Program-made: the position numbers and the translations under genes
Shown here: piece after piece, positions 1 through 11,719 of the stretch
Numbering within the stretch: position 1 is the first letter of the stretch
Layout: each line of letters opens with the position of its first letter
The notes under the pieces: generated by a model
What the model was told of the DNA's origin: nothing
The model's input: the letters and a program-made list of their open reading frames with translations, nothing else
Databases searched by the model: none
Assembly (NCBI GenBank): GCA_050084515.1
Contig: CM114271.1
Span: 38,874,001-38,938,000 of the forward strand
From: Blasia pusilla
Lineage: Eukaryota
Reading direction: 5' to 3'
DNA length: 64,000 nt

Positions 1-1510
1 AGGTCTCATGGTTCGAGTCCAAAAAAGAATTAGAACTTTTTGAGCTTTTGCTCACAACTTTATTTTTCCTTAAAATTGGCAAGCGTGCTAGATGCACCTT
101 GGGGACCATTATGGCCAAATTGCAGCACAAGATGAAAAAGTTGGAAAAAATGAAAAATGAAAAATAATTAATAGAAGGTCTAATAATTCATGTAAAAAAA
201 GGAGTAAGTAATTTTTTAGCTTCTGCTCACAACTCTATTTTTCCTGAAACTTGGCAAGAGTGGAAGATGCACCTTGGGGACCATGTTGGCCAAATTGCAG
301 CTCAAGATGACAAAGTTGGACAAGATGAAAAATGGAAAAACCTTATTTTGATAGAAGGTCTAATAATTCGGGTCCAAAAAGGAGTTAGTAATTTTTTGGC
401 TTTTGCTCAAAACTCCATTTTTTGTGAAACTTGCCAAGAGTGCTAGATGCACCTTGGGGACCATGTTGGCCAAATTTCAGCTCAAGATGACAAAGTCGGA
501 CAAGATGAAAAATGAAAAAACTATATTTGATAAAAAGGTCTCATGGTTCGGGTCCAAAAAGGAGTTGGTAATTTTTGAGCATTTTCTCACGACTCCATTT
601 TTCTTAAAACTTGGCAAGAGTGCTAGATGCACCTTGGGGACTATGTTGGCCAACTTTCAGCTCAAGATGAGAAAGTTGGACAAGATGAAAAATGAAAAAC
701 CTTATTTTGGTAAAAGGTCTTATGGTTCGCGTCCGAAAAGAAGTTAGAACTTTTTGAGCTTTTGCTCACACCTTCATTTTTCCCGAAACTTGGCAAGAGT
801 GCTAGATGCACCTTGGTGAACATGTTGGCCAAATTTCAGCTCAAGATGAAAAATTTGGACAAGATGAACAATGAAAAAATCTTATTTTGGTAGAAGGTCT
901 AATGGTTCGGGTCTAAAAAGGAGTTACAAATTTTTGAGCTTTTACTCACAAGTTTATTTTTCCTGAAACTTGGCAAGAGTGCTAGATGCATCTTGGGGAC
1001 CATGTTGGCCAAATTGTAGCTCAAGATGACAAAGTTGGACAAGATGAAAAATGAAAAAACTTATTTTGGTAAAAGGTGTGATGATTCGGGTCCAAAAAGG
1101 AGTTAGTAATTTTTTGGGCTTCTTCTCATAACTCCATTTTGGATGAAACTTTATTGGAGTTTAACATGCACCTTGGGGAACACGTGGGACAAATTTGAGT
1201 TCAAAATGCAAATGTTGGACAAGATAAGAAATGAAAAAAACCTTATTTTGATAGGTCTGATGGTTCGAGTCCAAAATGGACTTGCCACTTTTTGAGCTTG
1301 TGGTCCATATTCCATTTTGCTTTAAACTTAGCAAGAGTGCTAGATGCACCTTGGAGATAACGTGGGCTAAATTTTAGCTCGAGATGGAAATGTTGGACAA
1401 GATGTCCGATTAAAGACGGGTTCAAGGTTATCTGCTTAGGGTCCAAAATGTCATTTTAAACTTAATTTGGGATGAGAATTTGCCAGAGTGATAGATGTTA
1501 CTTGGGGACC
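1..1510. repeat. Tandem (satellite-like) array, ~180-bp unit, about 8 copies, truncated by the window start and decaying rightward
   Basis: GGTCCAAAAAGGAGTT-like motif recurs near 371, 551, 731, 910, 1089, 1269 and 1440; CTTGGCAAGAGTGCTAGATGCACCTTGGGGACCAT recurs with the same period. Confidence 0.95.
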
Positions 1511-2052
1511 ATCTGCACTATTCTATAGAATAATAGAAGAGTTCTTACATTTCACTCTTGGAAGTCATTACACTCTTGCAATCAAATATAAATGATATCC
1601 TACTCCCTAGAGTAAATTCATCCTTCCATAAAATTCAAACCAAATCTATTCATTCTCCATTAAAATTAAATTTCCCTTTCCATTACATATGAATCAAGAC
1701 ACCTCTGAATTTATTTATTTAACCTTTTCAAATCTATAAAAATTTAGTAATATTTATATTCACCTATTATAGTATTAAATAAAAATTAATTAATAAGTAA
1801 ATTTGGTTTTCTATTCCACCTAAGTCCCTTTCAAATTCTACCCCATGCAATATTGGTCACTAAAAAAATTCATACATTATTTTCCTTTACAATTCAATTC
1901 AAACATATATTTTCCTTCATTAATTTTGGAAAAAAAATTCGTCCCTTTTCCAATCCCCATCTTTCAAAATATAAGAGAAAAGCGCTTATTTTGATGAGTT
2001 AGTAACTTTTTAGGAGTAAGTAATAAAAAAATTTAAATTTCTATCAAACAAA

Positions 2053-4158
2053 TCATTCAATTATGGTATCTTCCACCTTATCGGAGGATATATGTAACAC
2101 CAGTGCCGACGTTTCACCATTTCTTCCTCCTCTTCCCCTAGCTCTAGTCATGTGTGTCCCACTTCCGCAAGGAATAATCCTTTCCAACTCAACATCTGCT
2201 TCACCATCATCAGTTTCTTGTGTTGGCTGTGTCAGAAACATCTCTCACTCTCTCTCCAAGAATCCAAAGAGTTCCTCTTGCATTCGACGAGGGTAATAGT
2301 ATGTTTGAGGATATCCGCCTTCAGTCCTTTGAGGAATATCTTGCCATAAGAAAGGTGACAAGATCAATTCGAGTCTCCTCAAAACAAGCTCATCCATCAA
2401 TGGATTCTGATGATGGTTTAGCACAAGTTTGAGAGTTGTGATGAGGGCGTCTCGAACTTCTTGTAAATTCAACCCTTGAGGAAAGAAGAAGTTTTCCGCC
2501 TCTCAATGGCTGTTCCTTGGATGAGCTCTCCTCGATTGTACATGCTAAGGAAGCGGACCAAACACGCTTGCAGTCTTCCTGACCAAGCTTGTGTATAAGT
2601 TGGAGACTTGTGAGATAGTAGCATGGCCTTTTGAAGACAATATGGATGCCAATAATAAGCTTTACATGTGCCTATCACGTAGCAACCTTCTGCAGCAATG
2701 GGGTTGAAGCAGATCATGCATTTGGACCAATTTTTTGGCGTGAGGGCCCCTCCTTCACATACTGCGATTGCCTTCATCCAATCCGTAAGATCTTGCAATT
2801 GTGTGTTTGGATTAAGAGGTGTTGGTGCCAACATCATAGAGGCATAGTTTGCAGCGTTTGGATCTAAGACAGTGTTCCATGCTGCGCGTAGGGCTAGAGG
2901 CCACAACTGCTCGATAGGTTGAAATAAGATCATATCAACCTCCTTCACGAGACAACCTCAAGTAGGGTTTCTTCTGAAGTGAGTTCTCCCATGTTACCTC
3001 TTGCTCTCCATCGCAACAATTCATCATCTCTTGCTATCGTCTTGCCATAATGTTCTCGTATGCTCTCCTCCACTGCTCTATGTGGTCAACCATTACAACT
3101 CTTTGCCTTCTATGGAGGTCATCTTTGGCAATAGATTCATTCAAAAGCCTCTCCATCTCTTTCTTCAATCTAATGTGCTCCTCAGATAGCTGTTTATACT
3201 TCCCCTTCAAAACGTTGAATTCTGCGGCCAAATCAAAATTGTGTTGGGAATCTTTTATTAAACTCTCCAACTGTGATAGACGAGACATTACCTCGCAATT
3301 CTTTGGAGCACTCTCCCCATGAAAAGTTTGGGGAGGAGCACCACTATGTATAGGGTAAGCAGAACTCTCCTCGAGCTCATCAAAGGTCGTACTACGACCT
3401 ACATAGAGGTCCTTCAAACCATCTCGTCTATCCTCCTCCCCCATTTGTACTCACCCTTCATCTCCACTCTCATCTTGTATATATTCTTTAGCATGATGAT
3501 TTCTTCTTTGACCATCCAAGGAAGATAGTATGGCTCTAAAGCTCCTTGATAATCCACCTTGTTGATAATGGCGTGACGACGCTCGTGGTGATGAAGCTTC
3601 CACTCTTGCTTGTTTAAATTGTTGTGGTGGGGTTCTACTGTCTTCTTCTCTTGGTCTCTTATCTCTTCTCAAAGACCCCTCATCCACATTGCCATACTGA
3701 ACCTCCATATCCTTCATCAACTCCGTGACTTTGAGTTGAACAAATAGCTTGCTCACTAACTTCATCTTCCTCTTGGGGAGATCTTTGTACTTTCAGACGC
3801 CATTGAATAAAGCCCAATCCTTTGTCCACTCATTCTCTTCCACTTTCCTTGCAAATTCTCCAATCGCACACTCCAGCCACTTCAGCCGCGACTTCTTGAA
3901 CTTTCCTTTCAAAACTTGTGGGTCAATGGCGCTATCCAAGTGCGCCTTCAATTCATCTTTTGTGATGAATTGCGAGATTGTTTTCTTGTTCACCTTCAGA
4001 GGGATCTCTGGTGTCGGTGTATTGAAGGGTTCTTCCCCTCTTACGTCATCTTGATTGTTGTGAGGGCTAGGATCTCCATGAGGTGGCAACTCCATCTTGT
4101 CTTTTATCGAAATACAAAAAGAAAGATGATTGAGAAATGATTCCAATAATAGTGACAC
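2053..4158 (-). pseudogene. Decayed long intronless ORF with a coiled-coil region and a RING-like Cys/His cluster
   Basis: ORFs 3793-4158, 3451-3765 and 3034-3444 are in one frame, separated only by single TGA stops. After frameshifts it continues into 2469-2948 (CMICFNPI...GCYVIGTC...WHPYC, RING-like) and further small ORFs. Confidence 0.6.
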
Positions 4159-4185
4159 GATGGCACACGATACATCCGCACATCA

Positions 4186-5657
4186 ATCAAGATTCATCAT
4201 TTATAAATTTCATAATAACACATTCATCTTTTTGAACCAAGTCTTTCATTTCTCATGAAAAATATCCAATACTCAAATGGGTTTACGATCATACTACCAC
4301 TATTATTGGCTTTAATCCCAAATCTACATCGTCTACACCTAATACTTTCGCATTTCCTCTGATATATGCAATAAGAAACTCTAAGCTTTTGCAATCAAAG
4401 GGATTCGGAGCTAATGCCCACATTCAAATCCTTTCCAAATAAGTAAATCTCACATTCGCTTGGGCATTCCCGACAGAGAGGTTGTATGTCACATAGTTCA
4501 AATTGTTCACAATCATTCATAGGGCATAGATTTCAGTGGCCTTGCTAAAAGAGAGCTTCTAAGGCCCTACTCCCAACTCCGGTGCTATATGCCCAACATG
4601 ATTTTTTTTGTTCATGCTGCCACCATCTATGAGGAGACTCCAAGACTTCATCAATCCACATGGCATTCCCCTAATCTCCAACGCGGATGTATGGGCTAGA
4701 CTTGGATCTAAAATGGATGAACATATTTCTAGCATGGAGGTCGGTATGAAAAACCCCATGCTTGTGGACAGTCTCCATGGTACCAAGAAGGGCAACCACA
4801 AGTTGGACGACATTTGATGCTATTGCGAGACATCTCATCTTTTCCAACTCTCCTAGATTATCCCCGCTGTTCTTCAAGTTATGGCATGCTCGCAACCAAT
4901 TTTTGAGGTGTCCACCATTCCAATGTGGAAAAATGGCACGCGGTGGATCCTCGATCAACCTTCCTAGTATGCGAACAACACCACAATGTAAAATACTCGC
5001 AAACAATTCCTCTCGCATCATCGATTTTCTAGATCCTAATAGAGATGATTCCTTATACACCTTCATGCAAAAGTACATTTCTTCCCTAAAGCCATGGGTT
5101 CTGTTTATTTTACAACGGTACAAAATTCCGTGTGAACCAGTTCTCACAATATCGCTCGGGTCATGTCCTATTACTACATTCTTATCGGAAATCAAAGTTA
5201 TTGCACATGGAATGGTCAATGTCAATCCCAGAGAAGTACTACGTCCTTTGAAAAGACGTTGAGCACTTCTTAACTCTATACATAATCTTTCTAGGAGATC
5301 CAACTCTGCAACATTCTGATTCTCATCCTTATATGTCCTGAGATGGACGTACGCTCTCTCAAGGTTAACACCTTGTTGGGTACAAAATCTAGTCAACCTA
5401 TCACCCTCCGCGGTCAAATGGCTTTGCCACTTATTGGAAAATCTCTGCAATTCCAAGGTGTAGTCATATAAACCATCCATACCCCTTGAAATGTAGGATC
5501 GTCTCTTGTCTAAAGAAAGCTGGAAAAACTAGTCTAACCATGCCTCTCTTACGGCCATGTTGAAATCATTCCTCAGAGTTACTCTTTGCCTCTTGGCACC
5601 GACGTTGGACTCATTTCGGTTCTCTCCGGCTCTCGATGACCCAGCCCTACTAGACAT
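4186..5657 (-). pseudogene. Intronless protein kinase pseudogene
   Basis: ATG at 5657 is in frame with ORF 4671-5480. Motifs: TGSHGILY (Gly loop), FCMK (catalytic Lys), HCGVVRILG, HWNGGHL, FHTDLHARN (catalytic loop), GD*G (DFG-equivalent hit by a stop), then after a frameshift HIAPE and SKATEIYAL. Confidence 0.85.
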
Positions 5658-6289
5658 TTCCCTTGGATGAAGAAGATAATAATATCTTAAAAAATACAAG
5701 GGAAAGAAATATACAGGTTGAGATAAGAAAATACCGAAAATAGAATGACGTGAGATGCTTAAACAATGGCTGAAAATATTCCAGTGCGTGATTGATGGAA
5801 GTTTAGGGTTGGGCTCTCAAATGGAATAGGTAGATATGGGCGTGTTTAGAAAAGGTTCCTTTATCACCTCCACATCCCCCATGTGCTAAGGAGAACCAAT
5901 GGAACAAGACAAAACACTCGGGTCTATGAATCGGAAATCTCAAAATCACCAAACAAGTTTAGTGAAACAAGAGGTTTCCACACTCACAAACACTCACCTA
6001 ATGTGGAGTCAATTGGAGTTTATTTCAAATGCAACAAGGAGCGCAGATATCCAAGTTGGTCGCAAATAAATCCAAGTACTCCCAAAGGCACACAAGGGAT
6101 TTCTCCAAAATTCCTAGTAACCTTGAAAACCCTTAGCTATCAAGGCACCACAAAAATTTGGAGCCTAATCCAAAATATCACTAAAAATTTGGATAAATAG
6201 GGAGAATAAGTGATTATTAGTTAATTAACTCCTTCACTCCCCCTCCATATATACATTTTTGGGTTCCTTGTGGGCCCCTTCCCTTATGG

Positions 6290-6771
6290 GTTTTATCCCA
6301 CAGGGAAAAAAGGGGGAAGGGGAAGGTGGCTCACGGGCCCGCACGCGGGTTACGACGGGCCCATATGCGGGCAGAGGGGCAGGGGCTTGCGGGTCCATAT
6401 GCATGCGGGGGGCAAAGGCTTGCGAGCCCATATGCGGACTTTGTCGCGGGCCATAAAGCCCGCACAGGCGATGTACACAGGCCCTAGAGCCTGCATACGG
6501 GCTAGGCCCAAAGCGCCAAATCAAAGGGCGCGACGCGACCCAATTTGTCCGCGACGCGAGTCCAACAGAAGATTGGGGGCCGGTCATGATGCGCATTGGC
6601 CGGGAAAGGGCCGATTGCTCGGTGTGCATGGGCCCAAGTGCATGCCGTGGGCAACGCGGGCTCATGGAGCCCGCACCTGGGCCCGCACGGACATGTTTGT
6701 CCTCGGGACGGACATATGTCCACGGACATGCACAAGTCCGTGGACATGGACTTTGTCCGTGTGCAACCTTG
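6290..6771 (-). mobile_element. GC-rich DNA-transposon terminal fragment ending in TGCAACCTTG
   Basis: Its reverse-complemented end CAAGGTTGCAC matches termini at 7469 and 47740; it has subterminal GGACATG/GTCCGT motifs and many GGGCCC sites. Confidence 0.5.
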
Positions 6772-7468
6772 GTTTGTTGAGTAGTGGTCTATTTATGAGT
6801 TACTAAAAGTGGACCCCCTAAATATGGGAAAATTCCTTGTACTAGACAACCTTGTTAATATTGTTTCTACCACAAATCGGGTTGTCCGGTTCAGAGATTT
6901 TCATCCTTTGTACCAATGGAACGAATTTTTCTACGCTACCTTGCTCAAAAATGTTTCATTCAGATCTGAAACTTCTCTACTATCATCTGACTGATAATGA
7001 TGGACTTATTTACAAAAGTGCATGTACGAGAAAATTGTTAATAAAATTGAGGATGTTTACACTCTCATCAAGAGTCATGCTATGAAAATTAATGGGCACA
7101 AGTTCATCTTTCAGAAATACTCGCCAAAGTTACTGACATAGTACAGCCTTAATTAGACATGGACATCGATCAGATGCTATTAAGGAGCCATCTTGCTCCT
7201 TAACATGTTCCATGTGAACAAACCAACCTCTCTAGTCTTAACAGCGAGTAGCTTGCTCTTTTCAACATTCTACACAACCTTCTATCAAGTTTGGTACTTC
7301 TCCAAGGTCCTCTTGGTTGTGGAAAAACAAACTTCCTAACCTAATGTACAAAGTGTGGACTCATGTAGGAATGAGCCCATTGCTAATGGCAACTACAAGA
7401 ATTGCAGCTATTAGACTTCACAGTAAGGCCACTACTGTCGATTTGGCATTTTGGATACCTATAAGAGG

Positions 7469-8080
7469 CAAGGTTGCACGGAAATGAACAAGTCTGTCCA
7501 TGGGACGGACATGACCACAAACATGAAAAACCGGTCACCAGTCGGGGTTTTTTTGGCACCTAGTTCGACCGCACGGGCTCCACCCGCGGAAACAGGTGTG
7601 GGCCAGGGCATGGGCCACGCACGGGCAACCGTTACGACAGGGGATAATGGCGGGCGTGACACAAGCTACCGCGCAAGCTGAGGGCGGGCTTGCAGCTTGC
7701 GTGTGGGCTGCAGGCGGGCACCCAGGGGGGCTTGCGGGTTAAGGGAGGGCCAGATAAGGGCTCATATCAAGCTTGCCGGCCAAAGGTGGGCTAGGGGGCG
7801 GGCTAAAGGCGGGCTTGCGGGCCCGGCAGAGAGGAGGGAGGCCGAGCGCGGGCCTGGCAAGCTCGGAGCAGGCCCAACCCGGGCTAGGCGGCGGGTTGGG
7901 CTGGGCGCGGGCTAGGAAGTCAAGGGGTGTGCTAAGATCAGGCAAGGGCCGGGCTTAGTGCGAGCCAAGCGGGCAAGGGGCGAGCCAAGTGGGCAGGGGG
8001 CGAGCCGAGCGGGCTTAGGACGGGATAGGCGGGCTGGGCACGGGCTAGGCGGGGAGAAGTGGACCGCGTGCGGGCAAAGA
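7469..8080 (+). mobile_element. GC-rich, G-skewed DNA-transposon terminal fragment starting CAAGGTTGCACGG
   Basis: The first ~48 bp align with the reverse complement of 47693-47740; GCGGGC/GGGCT short repeats follow. Confidence 0.5.
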
Positions 8081-9779
8081 AAGCATGCAATCCGTTTGTT
8101 AAACCTTATTAGTGGTGGTATCCGTTTAGACCAACTGAGAACACTTAGGCATGAGATGCATTTACCAATTGCCATGTTATTAGATCTATCCTCTACCAAA
8201 GCAAGTCAATTGATTGACCGTATGAAGACTCATCGTGAAGATGGACATTTATCATAATTTGTTCCTCTCCCTATTGATCTTGACAATCCTCCACACATAT
8301 AGTTATTTCCATACTTCGATGATATCATCATTATTTCATCTACTCTAGCTCATATATCTCCTCAGCCAAGTACCTCCACCTTGGCTCCAAGCAGTCCATT
8401 CCAAGCAAACAATCATCCTTGGCAATAGCGGAAAATATAACTTATGATCCAGACCTAATTGTCACGTCAACAAACAAACAAAAATGTGCATGAATACCCA
8501 ACACAAGTTTCCAGGTGAGTAAACTGAAACTACTTTTAATATTGTTTCTCATTCATATTATGCATACGACTATAGCATGATACTTATATGAAAGTTCTTG
8601 GCTGTTGATTGCAGGACCATATTCAATGTCTCCATCATGATTACCGCTCAAGTTTTGGACATAGACATTGATTTTTCTACCCTTTTTTTTAATGCTGGAT
8701 TTTTGTCATCTAAGACATTATCAGTTCCACTTTTCAAACTTCTTATATCTATGCTTCTCATGGATTTTGTAATCTACCCTACTATACTCCAGAATATTAC
8801 ATATATGCTCATAATTTTGAACACGCTCTCTTCTACTATAGCCAATTCTCTTACATTTCACTTTTTTCAATTGCATCTTGCTCTTTGAGAATTCTATTGC
8901 TGAAGATATTTTTTTTCTAGAATTTATCCACATTACTTCCTATTCACAATATCACAATGTATAATGTCTCTATGATCTGATGTGTCTACCCCCACACAAA
9001 TTCTGGTATTATGTTTCAAGTTCATTTACTTTGCACCAATTTGGCTCTACATGCTTGTTTGTTTTCAGCTTATTCTCTCTTCTGGTTTCTTTCTTTAAAA
9101 ATTTTTGCTTCTATCCTCACATCTTATCTTTGTATATTCTCTCTATTTTGACCTTCGAGAGATCAAGGTTACGCTTTCGACGCCTAGTTCATCAGAGTGC
9201 TTCATCATCACATACTATTCAACGCTATGCGAGAATTGATGTAGACTATGTGGACGATGAGATCCACTACAACCAAGACAACTGTAGTGATCAGGGGATC
9301 ATTTAATCTTCAGATGACGAACATGTAGATTCATTTAAAGTAGTATAAGATATACTAGTTGCATTTTCTACAAAGATTAATGATCTCAATGATGCTCTTA
9401 TTTCTTCACTTGAGCATAACCAGAAACAAGTAAATGATTTTTTTTCTCCAAAGGAAAAATTGCATGAAGCTAAGATTCAAATTAAAGAGTTTGCAAGCCA
9501 TATTAGACCCCTTAAACAGCATAGTCCAGCACTTAGTCTACAGTCGGGAATCATACAGTCCATGTTGAGAGAATATAGAGGATAATATTAAAGCTCTATT
9601 TTTTACTTAACGTTACCATGATACCAGACATCATATTTACATGTGTGTTTAATTTGCTGTATTTTTTTAACAATGCCACAACATAGATAGCTCTTGCTTG
9701 AGACTAAGTTGTTATGATCATTATGATTTCAAAATTTGCCAATTCAGTCTTATGGTTCTTCTCAGTATCTTTTTGTAGA

Positions 9780-10180
9780 CTTGCCAAACTATTCTCTAGT
9801 TTATCGCAAAACTTCATTGCGTTCAAAGCGTGTAAAGAGGCCTCCTAGGGAGATGGTATGCTCTTGGTGACTTCTCGGCTACCTATGGAACGCCCAACTG
9901 GTTAAGTCTTTGGGACTCAATCTAAGTCTTCCACTTGCAAAGCTCAAGGTCATGAAGTGCTTTGGAATGAAGTTGGGTAGAGAAGAGGGCAAACTCTACA
10001 ACATTGAGCCTTTGGAGCACTTATGCTTTTAGGGTTTGGTAGGTACTTGAGTATGCATTTCTTCATGATAGAGGATAGATGTGTCTCGATGATTATATGT
10101 AGATTCGAGAGTTGAGTTGGTCGTGTGAGTTTTTTTTAAACTTATATTTTACATGAGAAAGATAGGTAGGGATAGGGGGA
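9780..10180 (+). mobile_element. Diverged relative of the A terminal repeat of the Gypsy element at 33998
   Basis: Shares TTGGAGCAC...AGGATRGA...CTCGAT...ATGTAGATT...GAG and TATTTTACATGAGAAAGAT with 34320-34490. Confidence 0.55.
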
Positions 10181-10950
10181 AATTCCTCCTCGCTCTACAC
10201 AATCTACACAACCCTCTACACAATCGTTATTTCGGTTTAGTGTACTATTGTCCATCTTACAATAGATTTTTATTTCTATGTACCATATTATGCACACCAA
10301 CCTGCACAAAAATTACTGTGTAAGACTTTACTTCAACACAAAATGTAGCTATGCGATACCAATTGCACCTGCTTGTACTCCTACAACCTCAATTGTCCAC
10401 ATCCAATATATATCTCTATTCCTGCTTCTAGAAAAATGCAATGCTTTCATAGAAAAAGTCTGCATAATTCATATTATACTCTGAAAATTACGCTGGGAAA
10501 AATATATAGCACCGTTCACTCGCAGTAGTCAACCACTCGTCTCAAACAACACCGTTAAGTCCGAAACCACACCGGGCACGAAATTACCACGACTCTTTCT
10601 TCGCTCCCATCCGACGAGAACGACAAGGGGATTGATTCTCTATGCAGCGCAAAGTCGCAAACTTGGGGGAGTGGGGGGGAGGGGTTTAGGACAAGGTCCG
10701 GGGAGGTTTTTGGCGGAAACCCGTTGGTTGCCGGAAAACCTTAAAGTAGGACGGTTTTAGGGAAATGTTAATCGGAAAAAAAAGGCAGGAATCTTTTCAG
10801 GCGGCAAATATCTGATATATTATTTTTTTCCCAGTGATTATCCTTCTTTTTAAAAACTTTCCCGGCAGATTTCAGAAACTTTTCAGACAACCTCGGCAAC
10901 TTTCCGGTAGCTAGAATATGAACCGGCTAAAACAAATTTTACTTCAACAG

Positions 10951-11104
10951 AAGCTTTCCGATGAGGAATTGGCACTTATTGATAAAGTGGTCAAGGAGGA
11001 GCTTAATCTTGTGGGAGAGCTAGACGTGGAGGTCGTTCGTGCCCTCTATCGTAGAGGCTTGGTGTTTCTAGAAGTTCCAGTGTATCCGGATGACCATTTT
11101 GAAG
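10951..11104 (+). pseudogene. FAM91A1: Isolated exon of a FAM91A1-like gene
   Basis: KLSDEELALIDKVVKEE...DVEVVRALYRRGLVFLEVPVYPDDHFE resembles the plant FAM91 N-terminal region as recalled; flanked by CAG acceptor and GT donor. No other exons were recognised in the window. Confidence 0.75.
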
Positions 11105-11719
11105 GTGGGGATTTCAGAGAACTTCTCATCTTGTGTCTGTTGGATGATTACAAAGGAGAGTGAGGTACAGAGATGCTGCCTGTAATCGGATATGTTTTTC
11201 ATTGTTTTATATGCTTTGGAATGGATTGATCTGTTCTCTGTTTCTGTATCCCCATAGATGGTTATATGCCATAGATCGATGGACCTGACCTGCAATTACA
11301 TGTTGCTTTGGAGTGAAGAAAGTTCAATTCCCAACCAGTTGAGAATAGGGTGTATCGCCACATGGCTGATTCTTTGAATATATTGAATGACATACTGGGA
11401 GGTAAGGATTCCATGTGAGGATATACATGAAGCCGAGTGCATCTCAAAAAAATTTTGCCCCTCTGTACATTTTCCCGTTCATATTTCTTGCTCAAGCACT
11501 TCCTACACTCACTCCATGATTTCTTCTAATTCCGGTTCCATCTCCTTAAACTAAACTAAACTCTAAACTCTTTCCTCCCTAAACCCCACAAGTAATATCC
11601 TTGGCAGGTGAATTGAACTGGCCTGGCCTCCACCCAACCGGGAGCCAAGGATCCTACCCTTCATAATACATTGAAGATTTAGAACAAAACTTCAATGTAT
11701 TATGAAAGGGACCTCTCAC

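Noticed and set aside
403-1446. ORFs inside the 180-bp array
   Set aside because: They are translations of the repeat unit (length a multiple of 3) with no recognisable domain.
1-1510. CRISPR-like array
   Set aside because: The whole unit repeats with no unique spacers, and the context is eukaryotic.
6234-8257. Many overlapping Gly/Arg/Pro-rich ORFs
   Set aside because: Expected from stop-poor GC-rich repeats; no domain recognised.
9140-9586. Possible decayed coiled-coil coding fragment
   Set aside because: Multiple stops and no recognisable family.
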